64,000 bases of DNA. Origin: an uncultured cyanobacterium. GTDB lineage: Bacteria > Cyanobacteriota > Cyanobacteriia > PCC-6307 > Cyanobiaceae. The position numbers were made by a program, and so were the translations under genes. Under the pieces are notes generated by a model that saw nothing but the letters and a program-made list of their open reading frames with translations, was not told the DNA's origin and did no database searches. The DNA lies in the NCBI GenBank assembly GCA_903856805.1, contig CAIOCZ010000072.1, positions 1,877 through 65,876 of the forward strand, in the 5' to 3' direction. Below are positions 9,853 through 18,393 of this stretch, one piece after another (position 1 is the first letter of the stretch; every line of letters begins with the position of its first letter).

Positions 9853-10172
9853 CGCTCCGTCTCCGGGCCGGAGCGGCCAAGGCGCTGCTGCCGCAGCAGA
9901 TTCCAGGCGGCCAGGGCCAGGGTGCCGTTGCCCAGGGTGGTGAGGGCGGCCTGGAGTACCACCAGTCCCTCCAGCTCGTCGGTGTTATCAAAAAGATGCC
10001 AGGTGCAGGCGGCCATGGCACTGACCAGAGCCGGCAGCATCGCCAGCGCCAGCCAGCGCCAGCCCCCCTCGTTGCGGCGCAGGCCGTAGGCGCGCACGGC
10101 CACGATGGCCAGCAACCACTCCAGAACTGAGGTGAGATGGATCCACCACGTGGCCAGGGAGAGCGTGTGCAT
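9849..10172 (-). CDS. small membrane protein, DUF2499/Ycf49-like (family recalled from memory)
   Basis: MHTLSLATWWIHLTSVLEWLLAIVAVRAYG...AMLPALVSAMAACTWHLFDN is a 107-aa, 3-TM protein. Confidence 0.6.
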   Translation of the reverse strand: MHTLSLATWWIHLTSVLEWLLAIVAVRAYGLRRNEGGWRWLALAMLPALVSAMAACTWHLFDNTDELEGLVVLQAALTTLGNGTLALAAWNLLRQQRLGRSGPETER

Positions 10173-10227
10173 CGACCCGCCAGGGCAAGGCTCCGTAATG
10201 TACGGGCCCTGCGCGCCGAGGCGTCCG

Positions 10228-11268
10228 ATGCGGGCCTTGCTCTGCGGTTACTACGGCGAGCACAACCTCGGGGATGATGCCCTGCTGGAGGCCCTGCTGG
10301 CGCAGCTGCCGGAGGGGTGTCAGCCCTTGGTGGGAGCCCACGACCAGGCCCTGGTGCAGGAGCGTTTCGGCGTGGCCACCTGCGATCGGCGTCGTTTGGG
10401 GGCCATGCTGCGGGCCCTCAGCCGCTGTGATGCCCTCGTGCTGGGGGGGGGCAGCCTGCTGCAGGACGCCACCAGTTTCCGAAGCCTGATTTACTACCTC
10501 GTTCTGATCGTGGCGGCTCGGAGCGCCGGCCGCTCGGTGCTGCTCTGGGGTCAGGGACTGGGCCCCCTGCGGCGTCGGCTCAGTCGCCTGCTGGTGCGGC
10601 TGGTGCTGCCCCTGGCCACGGCGATCAGCTGGCGCGATGGGGCCTCCGCCACCCTGGCGCGCCGCTGGGGGGTCGTGGGGACGGTGGGCAGTGACCCGGT
10701 CTGGAGCCTGCCTGCGGGCCAGTGGCACGGGAATGGGGGGCCGATCGTGCTCTGCTGGCGGCCCGTGGCTTTTCTGAGCACTTCGGATTGGCAGGCCTGG
10801 CTCTCCTGCCTAGATGGTTTGGCTGCCGAGGCCGACCGTCCCGTGCACTGGCTGCCGTTTCACCGGGATCAGGACCAGGGTTTGCTCACCAGCCTGAGCC
10901 GCCAGGGGCTGGTGCCGGAGCGGTTGCGTCAACGCAGTCAGGAACTGGTGATCACCACTCCCGATGAGGCCATGGTGCACTTTGCTGGCGCCGGTTTGGT
11001 GCTGGCCATGCGGTTGCATGGCCTGATCCTGGCGGCGTTGGCGGGCAGCCCCTGTGCAGCTCTTAGCTACGACCCCAAAGTGGCCGCCGCCGCCCGTGGC
11101 ATCGGCTGCCCCTGCCAGGACCTCAGCGCAGACCCGGACCCGGCGCAGGTGAGCCAGTGGCGGGGCTGCCTGGACCAGCCCGCTCCGCCGGACCGCCTGG
11201 ATGGGCTCCGGCAGCAGGCCGATCACCATCGCCTGGTGCTCCAGCGCCTGGGCGGAGGCAACCGCTGA
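10228..11268 (+). CDS. csaB: polysaccharide pyruvyl transferase CsaB
   Basis: MRALLCGYYGEHNLGDDALLEALLAQLP...CDALVLGGGSLLQDATSFRSLIYY...LLWGQGLGPL are typical CsaB N-terminal motifs. The track ORF starts at 10105. I prefer the ATG at 10228. Confidence 0.85.
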   Translation: MRALLCGYYGEHNLGDDALLEALLAQLPEGCQPLVGAHDQALVQERFGVATCDRRRLGAMLRALSRCDALVLGGGSLLQDATSFRSLIYYLVLIVAARSAGRSVLLWGQGLGPLRRRLSRLLVRLVLPLATAISWRDGASATLARRWGVVGTVGSDPVWSLPAGQWHGNGGPIVLCWRPVAFLSTSDWQAWLSCLDGLAAEADRPVHWLPFHRDQDQGLLTSLSRQGLVPERLRQRSQELVITTPDEAMVHFAGAGLVLAMRLHGLILAALAGSPCAALSYDPKVAAAARGIGCPCQDLSADPDPAQVSQWRGCLDQPAPPDRLDGLRQQADHHRLVLQRLGGGNR

Positions 11269-11415
11269 ATCAAGATTTCTGGAATTGTCCTAAAAAATTG
11301 CTCTATATTCCGCGAAGGTTCGTGATTTTAGGCGTTAAGGGCGCGGGATGGACTTGGGGCCTCGCTTGCGCTTCCGGAACAAAGTTTCGCTTCCCGGCGC
11401 TGCGGATCGGGAATC

Positions 11416-12825
11416 TTGACTGAGTGGGGGGATGGGAAGTTAGTGTATTTGAGCTTATTTTCAAACGGTTTGATGGAGTGCTGGCGAGTTGGCCCCTATT
11501 CCTTAACGAGTGATGGGGTCTTCCGTCTCGGAGGCTCCCTGGTTCCCCTCAGTCCTCTGCAGCGAAAATTGCTTCTTTGTTTCGTTCGACGTCGAGGACA
11601 ACTTCTTGATAAAGCCCTTTTGATGCAAGAAGTCTGGGGCCATGATCATGTGAGTGATGTGAGCATGGCCCGGGCGGTCCATGGCTTGCGTCAGGTTCTG
11701 GAACGGGGGCCGCTGGGGGCCCGCGTGATCACCACAGCCTATGGATGTGGCTACACCTTTGAGGCTCCAGTCAGTCAAGTCTCGGAAGCACAGGACGAGG
11801 GGCAGGCCAGGTCTTTCGTTAGCGCTGATCCGTCGCTTGCCCCCCCCTCAGCCCGGGCGCTGGAGTACTACATCGAGGGTCTGGCCCTCCTCCGTGATCG
11901 GGATCCGGCGCTGCTCAATAGGGCCGAAGCTTTCACCCGTCAGAGCTTGGAGTTGTCTCCAGACTTTGGCGCGGCGATCGTGCAATTAGCCGAAGTTCTG
12001 ATGGCTCGCTGCCGCTGGGGGCTGATTCCTTCCGTCAAGATTGTGAACGAGGTGGATCGCCTCTTGGTTCGAGCCCAGGGTTGTTCCCAGGCTCCAGACC
12101 TTGTGATGGCGATGAAGGCCGAAGCGCTTTCCTTGCTGCACTGGCAGCCCGAGGCCGCTGATCAGTCCTACGGAGCCTGGCTTTCCAGCCAGCTCAGCCG
12201 TGGCCCCCAGTTGCTCTTCTGGGCCCGCCATCTGCTGGTTACCGATCGTGCGACCGACGCGATCGACCTGCTCAATGATCACCTCGACCCTGAACTGCCC
12301 TTGGGGTGGATGGTTCGCTCCCTGGCCTGGTTGCAGCTCAACGCGCTGGATCGAGCGATGGAGGATCTCCGCCATCAAGTGCGCCTCGATCCCTCCTTTC
12401 CCTGTGCCCACCTGTGGATGGCCATGATTCAGGCCCATCGCGGTTTCACGGAGCCCGCCCTTGAAGCGTTGCAGGCCGCCCGCGTTCTAGAGCGTGGCTT
12501 GTCGCCGCTCCATGCCGGCGCCGCCTATGTGCTGGCCCGTTGCGACCGTCAGGATCAGGCCCTGACTTTGCAGAGGCAGGCCTTGGAGCAACGGTCCGAA
12601 TCGATGGGCCTGGCCAGCTGGTGGGCTCTGGCCAGTCTGGCCCTAGGGCAGTTGGATCCGGCAAGCACCTTCTTCACCCAGGCCCTCGCCAACCGCTGTT
12701 ATCAGGCCCCGCTGCTGCTCCACAGTCCATTGCTTGCCCCCTACGCCAGCACATCGCCTGCCCTCCTGTTCCGCCGGGGCCTGGCCAAGGCGTTCCCGCT
12801 GGATGTCGAGGCCAAGGTTGCCTGA
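11416..12825 (+). CDS. one-component regulator with an OmpR/PhoB-type winged-helix DNA-binding domain (CadC/ToxR-like, no receiver domain) fused to a long TPR-like helical-repeat region
   Basis: LSPLQRKLLLCFVRRRGQLLDKALLMQEVWGHDHVSDVSMARAVHGLRQVLERGPLGARVITTAYGCGYTFEAPV matches the Trans_reg_C pattern (W-G...R-LR...G-GY-F). The remaining ~340 aa are Ala/Leu-rich helical repeats. The start is TTG at 11416 or ATG at 11472. An AT-rich leader lies upstream. Confidence 0.7.
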   Translation: MTEWGDGKLVYLSLFSNGLMECWRVGPYSLTSDGVFRLGGSLVPLSPLQRKLLLCFVRRRGQLLDKALLMQEVWGHDHVSDVSMARAVHGLRQVLERGPLGARVITTAYGCGYTFEAPVSQVSEAQDEGQARSFVSADPSLAPPSARALEYYIEGLALLRDRDPALLNRAEAFTRQSLELSPDFGAAIVQLAEVLMARCRWGLIPSVKIVNEVDRLLVRAQGCSQAPDLVMAMKAEALSLLHWQPEAADQSYGAWLSSQLSRGPQLLFWARHLLVTDRATDAIDLLNDHLDPELPLGWMVRSLAWLQLNALDRAMEDLRHQVRLDPSFPCAHLWMAMIQAHRGFTEPALEALQAARVLERGLSPLHAGAAYVLARCDRQDQALTLQRQALEQRSESMGLASWWALASLALGQLDPASTFFTQALANRCYQAPLLLHSPLLAPYASTSPALLFRRGLAKAFPLDVEAKVA

Positions 12826-13692
12826 TCAGCTGCGTTTCAACAACGCCTGATCCAGGGGGCGTCCATCGGCACGCCAGGCGTTCAGTTGCAGGTGGTCGGC
12901 CGTGAATTGAAGTTCGGCGAAGCTGTAGGCACTGACCGCGCTGGCACTGGTGGCATTAGGGAGAACTGGACGCAGGGAGGCACCACCCCCTCCAACCACG
13001 AGATAGGTGGTGCCATCCAGGGGGCGACTGCGTTCGTAGTGGTGGTCATGGCCATTGATGTACAGCTGCACGCCATGGCGACGAAACAGGGGACCAAGGC
13101 GGGCCAAGGCCACCGGATCGTTGCCGTAGAAGCCCGAGGAATAGATCGGATGATGGCCCACCACGACCTTCCAGGGAGCGGTGCTGGCCGCCAACACTCG
13201 CCGCAACCACGGGCCCTGGTGTTGCCAGGGGGCGTTGACATTGGTGTCGAGCATGAAGAACTGCACTGCTCCGCGCCGCAGGGTGTACCAGCGGCCCCCC
13301 ATCCCAAAGGGGGGATAGGCCACCTGGGGATTGCCGTTCGCGGTGCGCAGATCGTGATTGCCGAGCACCGCATGGAAGGGCACCCCTTGGCCCAGCAAGG
13401 CGCGATAGGGGCGCTTGAACGTGGCCTCCACCCGGGCCAGGTCACCGTCGGGATAGATGTTGTCACCGGCCAGCAGCACCAGATCCACCGGCCGTCGCTT
13501 GTGCACGGACGCCATCCGATCCGCCACCGCCTGTTGATCCGCCAGGCCGCTGCCGGTATCTCCCACCGCCAGAACGTGGAGGGTCTTGTCCTCGGCGGCC
13601 ATGGCTCCCCTCAGGGCCAGCAGGGCCCCGACGCCGGCGGCCGGCAGTTGGCCCAGCAGCCTGCGGCGACCCAGCAGATTGGGCACGTTCAT
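12826..13692 (-). CDS. calcineurin-like metallophosphoesterase (purple-acid-phosphatase-like) with a twin-arginine-type signal peptide
   Basis: The motifs are GDTG...GDNIY...GNHD...GHHP...GHDHHYER. The N-terminus MNVPNLLGRRRLLGQLPAAGVGALLALRGAMA looks like a Tat signal. The ATG at 13692 shares 1 nt with the prxQ stop (TGATG). The longer track ORF (to 13929) would overlap prxQ. Confidence 0.8.
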   Translation of the reverse strand: MNVPNLLGRRRLLGQLPAAGVGALLALRGAMAAEDKTLHVLAVGDTGSGLADQQAVADRMASVHKRRPVDLVLLAGDNIYPDGDLARVEATFKRPYRALLGQGVPFHAVLGNHDLRTANGNPQVAYPPFGMGGRWYTLRRGAVQFFMLDTNVNAPWQHQGPWLRRVLAASTAPWKVVVGHHPIYSSGFYGNDPVALARLGPLFRRHGVQLYINGHDHHYERSRPLDGTTYLVVGGGGASLRPVLPNATSASAVSAYSFAELQFTADHLQLNAWRADGRPLDQALLKRS

Positions 13693-14324
13693 CAGGACAT
13701 GGACGGGGCGGCGTCCCGGGGTTGGCTGCGTTGCCGCTCCAGCTCGGCTAAGACCTCCTGGCTGTGGCCAGCCGGACGCACGGCAACCCAGCGGGCCCGC
13801 AGCACCCCCTCGGGATCGATCAGGAAGGTGTGCCGTTGGGAAAAGGGGGGGATCCAGGATCCGTAACGCCGGCTCACCACTCCACCCGAGTCGGATAGCA
13901 AGGGGAACACCAGCCCTTCCGCACCACAAAAAGAGGCGTGGGCATCGGGATCATCGGCACTGATGCCCACAATGGCTGCAGAGGCCTGTTGGAATTGTGA
14001 TAAATCCCGCTGGAAACCTCTGGCTTCTAGTGTACAGCCGCTGGTAAAATCCTTGGGATAGAAATAGAGAACAAGCCAACGTCCCAGGAAATCATTCAAA
14101 CCCAGTTCTCCCTGGCGAGGAGCAGCCTGGGCAGAGGGAATCACTCCCTTCAGCTGAAACGTCGGGGCTGGCTGGCCGATTTCCGGGAGAGTCCCCCCCA
14201 AGGCCAGGACAGCACGGGGGGAGGACAACAGGCCCAGGGAAAGGCCAATCCCCTGGGCAAGGAGGCCTCGGCGGGAAAGTGGTTTGGCCAGCAGCGGGGC
14301 ATCCCCAGGGGTCAAGTCTTCCAT
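13692..14324 (-). CDS. peroxiredoxin, BCP/PrxQ type, with an N-terminal export signal
   Basis: WLVLYFYPKDFTSGCTLEARGF carries the peroxidatic Cys motif, followed by AIVGISADDPDAHASFC. The N-terminus LSRRGLLAQGIGLSLGLLSSPRAVLA is signal-like. Confidence 0.85.
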   Translation of the reverse strand: MEDLTPGDAPLLAKPLSRRGLLAQGIGLSLGLLSSPRAVLALGGTLPEIGQPAPTFQLKGVIPSAQAAPRQGELGLNDFLGRWLVLYFYPKDFTSGCTLEARGFQRDLSQFQQASAAIVGISADDPDAHASFCGAEGLVFPLLSDSGGVVSRRYGSWIPPFSQRHTFLIDPEGVLRARWVAVRPAGHSQEVLAELERQRSQPRDAAPSMS

Positions 14325-14396
14325 GCCTTGGCTGCCGTTAACCGGTCCTGAACGCTAGTGCCGTTGGCCCGCGGAACGGGAATCGGGCGGCTTCGA

Positions 14397-14633
14397 TCAG
14401 AGCTTGGCCAGATTGATGCCGAGCTCCTTGGCATAGGGGCCTAGGCCCTTCTTCTGAATGGTTTTCAGGGCACGGGTGGACACCCGCAATTTCACAAAAC
14501 GGTTGCCTTCGGCCCACCAGAGGCGACGCCCCTGAAGGTTGACCTGCTGCAGTTTCTTGGTGCGCACATGGGAATGGCTGACCGCCATGCCGTTGTTGGC
14601 GCGCTTGCCGGTGAGTTGACAAACCCGGGACAT
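14397..14633 (-). CDS. rpmB: 50S ribosomal protein L28
   Basis: [40 protein letters not shown] is a canonical L28 sequence. The start is taken at MSRVCQ, 6 codons inside the track ORF. Confidence 0.93.
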   Translation of the reverse strand: MSRVCQLTGKRANNGMAVSHSHVRTKKLQQVNLQGRRLWWAEGNRFVKLRVSTRALKTIQKKGLGPYAKELGINLAKL

Positions 14634-14874
14634 GACGTTTAACCGCAACACTGAGGAACTGGGCCTAAGCCCAAGCCAACCAATCTATCAAACGGGGGAT
14701 TGGGGGGGCTGCCCCCTCCAGGGGCTTGGACGGTCTCGGGCTCGGGCAGAACAGGATCCGCCGGGAGCAGCAGGCTCCGCTCGCTGCGGGCCATGGGCAG
14801 CCAGTGGGATCACCACCGCTCTCGGCGCAGGCGCCGGATGGCTCGCCCCGAGCGCACCCGACCCTGCTAGCGAT

Positions 14875-16815
14875 TCAGAAGCCGCGCTGCATCAAGCGAC
14901 CCATCAGATCGCTGCTGCGTTGTTGAAAGCCCGAGAGCTGGTTGGGCTCCAGCCCCCCCACCGCCAGCCGAGCCATTTCGTACAGATGGCGACCCAGATC
15001 TTCCGCCAGCTGCTGACTCGGGGACGCGGCGGCGCTGCCGCTGCTGCTGGTGAGGACCGAGCCAGCCGAGAGCTTGAGCAGTCCTTCCACCAGGGGATGG
15101 CGGCGATTGACCAGCAGCACGTGATGGTCGGGCAGTCCCGGCAGGCGTTGCTCCATCAGAGCACCCATGTCATTGATGCGGCGCATCTGCTCCGGCAACA
15201 GGATCAGGGCGGCCGGGGCGTTGTCCCCCTTCAGCGACTGCACCTGAACGGTCACCTTGTCGTTGGTCAGGGCAGCTTTGAACAGATCGCGCAGTCTTTC
15301 TCCGGCGTCCTTGCCCTCGGCATCGCTGAGATCACTGTCGGGTTCCTGCAGGCTGGCATCCAACTCCGCATCGACCCGCTGAAACTTCAGGTCGTCGTGG
15401 CGCATCTCCAGCCAGGGGATGAACTGGGAATCGATCAGGGTGTCCGCCAGCAGCACCTCAGCCCCCTGGCCCCGCCAGAGCGCCAGGGCTCCGGCCTGAC
15501 CGGCCTCGTCCGTGCAGTACAGGATTCGGTTCGGGGTGGTGGGGTCCAGTCGGCCTTGATAGCCGGCCAGAGTGGTGTAGGCCCGATCCCCATGGCGAAT
15601 CGGATCGCTCGGGGTGGTCATGGCATCAGCACCATCCTCGGGACTGGGGTCCGAGGCGGCTGCGGTGGTGCCAAATAGAACGAGATCGGCCACCTGCTCC
15701 GCAAACTTCTCGTCCTCCATGGCACCGATCTTGATGAAGGGGGCTAAGGAGTCCCAGATCTCCGCATAACGAACCGGCTCCTCCTGGTGGAGATGCTTGA
15801 GCCGGTCACCCACCTTCTTGGCCACGAAGTTCCCAATCGAGCGCACCCGGCGGTCGGTTTGGAGGGCGCTGCGGCTCACATTCAAGGGAATGTCGGGGGA
15901 ATCGATCACCCCGCGGAGGGGAAGCAGATAACGGGGAACCACCTCCTTGATGGAGTCGCTGACAAAGACCTGATTGCAATACAAGCGGATCTCCCCTTTT
16001 TCCCAGTCGGCGCGTCCCGTGATTCTGGGGAAATAAAGGATGCCTTGCAGGGTGTAGGGATAGTCGGTGTTGAGGTGCACCCAGAGCAGGGGATCACCTT
16101 GGAAGGGATAAAGATAGCGATAGAGCTGAATGTAGTCGTCGTCGCTTAGGTCACGGGAGCTCTTGCGCCATGGGGCTTCCCGTTTGTTGACGGTTTCGCC
16201 CTCCAGTTGCACCTCAACTGGCAGGAAGTCGCAGTAGGTGGTGATCAGGTTGCGGATCCGGGCTGGTTCGATGTATTCCAGCTCCTCCTCCATCAAATGG
16301 AGAATCACGTCCGTGCCTGGTTCGCTGCGTTCGGCACCCTCAAGACTGAAGTTGGGGGAACCATCGCAGGACCAGCGCACTGATTCACTACCGGGACGGG
16401 CGCTGAGGGTGACCAGCTCCACCTGCTTGGCCACCATGAAGCTGGAGTAAAAGCCAAGGCCAAAATGGCCGATGATGGCGTCGTTCTCCTGCTGATATTT
16501 CTGGAGAAAATCCTCGGCACTTGAAAATGCCACCTGGTTGATATAACGCTTCACTTCATCGGCTGTCATGCCGATTCCGTTGTCACTGATCGTGAGTGTG
16601 TTGTGCTCACGATCAATCCGGATTTGGATGCGTCCCTCGCTGCCTTCGCTGCAATCGCCGGCCATCGCCGCCATGCGGCGCTTGCTGATGGCATCGACGC
16701 CATTGCTCACCAGCTCCCGCAGAAACACTTCGTGGCCGGAGTAAACGGCCTTTTTGATGATTGGGAAAATGTTCTCGGTGTGGATCTGAATCTGACCCTG
16801 TTCCAGCACCGCCAT
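14875..16815 (-). CDS. htpG: molecular chaperone HtpG (Hsp90)
   Basis: IQIHTENIFPIIKKAVYSGHEVFLRELVSNGVDAISKRR...ISDNGIGMT...GHFGLGFYSSFMVA are GHKL ATPase motifs of Hsp90. The protein is 646 aa. Confidence 0.95.
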   Translation of the reverse strand: MAVLEQGQIQIHTENIFPIIKKAVYSGHEVFLRELVSNGVDAISKRRMAAMAGDCSEGSEGRIQIRIDREHNTLTISDNGIGMTADEVKRYINQVAFSSAEDFLQKYQQENDAIIGHFGLGFYSSFMVAKQVELVTLSARPGSESVRWSCDGSPNFSLEGAERSEPGTDVILHLMEEELEYIEPARIRNLITTYCDFLPVEVQLEGETVNKREAPWRKSSRDLSDDDYIQLYRYLYPFQGDPLLWVHLNTDYPYTLQGILYFPRITGRADWEKGEIRLYCNQVFVSDSIKEVVPRYLLPLRGVIDSPDIPLNVSRSALQTDRRVRSIGNFVAKKVGDRLKHLHQEEPVRYAEIWDSLAPFIKIGAMEDEKFAEQVADLVLFGTTAAASDPSPEDGADAMTTPSDPIRHGDRAYTTLAGYQGRLDPTTPNRILYCTDEAGQAGALALWRGQGAEVLLADTLIDSQFIPWLEMRHDDLKFQRVDAELDASLQEPDSDLSDAEGKDAGERLRDLFKAALTNDKVTVQVQSLKGDNAPAALILLPEQMRRINDMGALMEQRLPGLPDHHVLLVNRRHPLVEGLLKLSAGSVLTSSSGSAAASPSQQLAEDLGRHLYEMARLAVGGLEPNQLSGFQQRSSDLMGRLMQRGF

Positions 16816-16922
16816 GGCAGGCCTAGCAACGATTTGAACGACCCTAGGGATCGGACGGGTTCAGGCTCAAGGGCTCCAAGGGAGGGGTGACCGAACTCCC
16901 CGATGGCGTGCCCAGGCTGGGG

Positions 16923-17147
16923 TCAGGTCGTCTGCTGAAGCTCCGGACGCTCCTCCGGCAGGATCGCCCCCTCCACCGGGCACACCTGCAGGCAGATGCC
17001 GCAATCGATGCAGGTCTCGAAATCGATCCAAAAGAAAGACATGCCCCGGGCGTTGGTGTCCTGTCCGGGATGGATGCAGGCCACGGGACAGGCGTCGACG
17101 CAGTCGGCCACACCCTCACACACCTTGCTCACGATCGTGTGGGGCAT
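16923..17147 (-). CDS. small 4Fe-4S ferredoxin
   Basis: CEGVADCVDACPVACIH and CIDCGICLQVCPV are two Cys clusters. The protein is 74 aa. Confidence 0.85.
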   Translation of the reverse strand: MPHTIVSKVCEGVADCVDACPVACIHPGQDTNARGMSFFWIDFETCIDCGICLQVCPVEGAILPEERPELQQTT

Positions 17148-17175
17148 GCCTCAAGGCCAAGGAATCGGGGCGATC

Positions 17176-18354
17176 CTAGGCAGGAAGCCAGAGGGCTCCG
17201 CGGCAGCCCCGTTCCGCCGCGAGTTGATCGGCTTCGGCCTGGGTGGCACAGGCCACGCTGCACAGTTCCGCAGCTTCGCCGCGGCCATGCAAGGCCGCCA
17301 GTTGGGTCAGCAGGGGCCCGAGGTCGTCGTTGCGGGGGCTGGCCACCAACCACGGTGCCGGCCGCTCCGAGGCCGGGCAAGCAGGACCGAGCAGCTCCCG
17401 AATGGCTTCGATGGCAAAGCCGAAACCGGTCCCGAAGGCCTCGGTGGCCTTGGTGCAGAACCGTCCCACCAGGGCGTCGTAGCGCCCGCCACTGGCGATG
17501 GCCACCGGGGCGTCGGGCCCCTGGCAGACCAGTTTCAGCACCAGGCCGTCGTAGAGATCGAAATGGGGTTGAAAGGTGGGATCGAGCTGAAGCCGGACCC
17601 CCAGGGCCTGGGCGGCTGGAGCCACGGCGGCCAGGCTGTTGGCCAGGCTGTCGAGCAGGGGCAGCGGGCCGATCCATTGCTGCAGATGGGCCATCACCTT
17701 GGACGGTTCGCCGCGCAGGTTGAGCAGGCTCTCCAGTCGCTCGCGGATCCCTGGGGGAACGGACAGGAGCGAGAGGGCTAACGGGTCAAACTCCGTGAGG
17801 GCGCTCCTGGCGGGCTCACGCTGGTCGGCGGGGACCTGGGCCAGCAGGGCATCGAGCAGGCCATGGTGACCCACCAATAGCGTCGGTTGATGCTCGGCCC
17901 GAAGTCCCAGGCTGGCCATGGCCGCCAGCAGCAGGTGCATCAGCTCCCCGTCGGCGGCTGGGGAGGCCACTCCGAGCAGCTCCACCCCACTCTGCAGTTC
18001 CTCCTGAAGCCGCTGACCGCCACCCTCGGCCGCCACGGTGCGGAAGGTGGAGCCACAGGCCCAGAGCCGTAGCGGCCGGGGTCGGCTCGCCAGGCGGGTG
18101 CTGGCGGCCCGGGCGATGGAGGCGGTCAGCTCGGGCCGTAGGCCGAGGGGCTCATCGCTGGCCAGCCGCAGAACCTCCCTCCCATCGATGCCACCACCAG
18201 CCTCCAGGGTGTCGAGGCGTTCGATCGTGGGTGGTGCCACCTCCCTGTACCCCCAGAGGCGGTACACCTCGGCTAGGCGCTCACAGAGCAGACGGTTGCT
18301 CTCCACCTGGCCCGGATTGAGATCGCGCGCACCGGCAGCAGGTTGGAGGGCCAT
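17176..18354 (-). CDS. hisZ: ATP phosphoribosyltransferase regulatory subunit
   Basis: QPAAGARDLNPGQVESNRLLCERLAEVYRLWGYREVAPPTIERLDTL has a HisRS-like class II core and no anticodon-binding domain. The protein is 392 aa. Confidence 0.85.
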   Translation of the reverse strand: MALQPAAGARDLNPGQVESNRLLCERLAEVYRLWGYREVAPPTIERLDTLEAGGGIDGREVLRLASDEPLGLRPELTASIARAASTRLASRPRPLRLWACGSTFRTVAAEGGGQRLQEELQSGVELLGVASPAADGELMHLLLAAMASLGLRAEHQPTLLVGHHGLLDALLAQVPADQREPARSALTEFDPLALSLLSVPPGIRERLESLLNLRGEPSKVMAHLQQWIGPLPLLDSLANSLAAVAPAAQALGVRLQLDPTFQPHFDLYDGLVLKLVCQGPDAPVAIASGGRYDALVGRFCTKATEAFGTGFGFAIEAIRELLGPACPASERPAPWLVASPRNDDLGPLLTQLAALHGRGEAAELCSVACATQAEADQLAAERGCRGALWLPA

Positions 18355-18393
18355 GAAAGAAGGGAGGCAGGAGGGGGCGGCGCTGGAGGGATC

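Noticed and set aside
13693-13929. N-terminal extension of the metallophosphoesterase ORF
   Set aside because: It would overlap the 3' end of the peroxiredoxin gene by 237 nt. The internal ATG at 13692 gives a proper Tat-like signal peptide and a TGATG junction.
14632-15678. 348-aa plus-strand ORF
   Set aside because: It is antisense to htpG and rpmB and has shadow-ORF composition.
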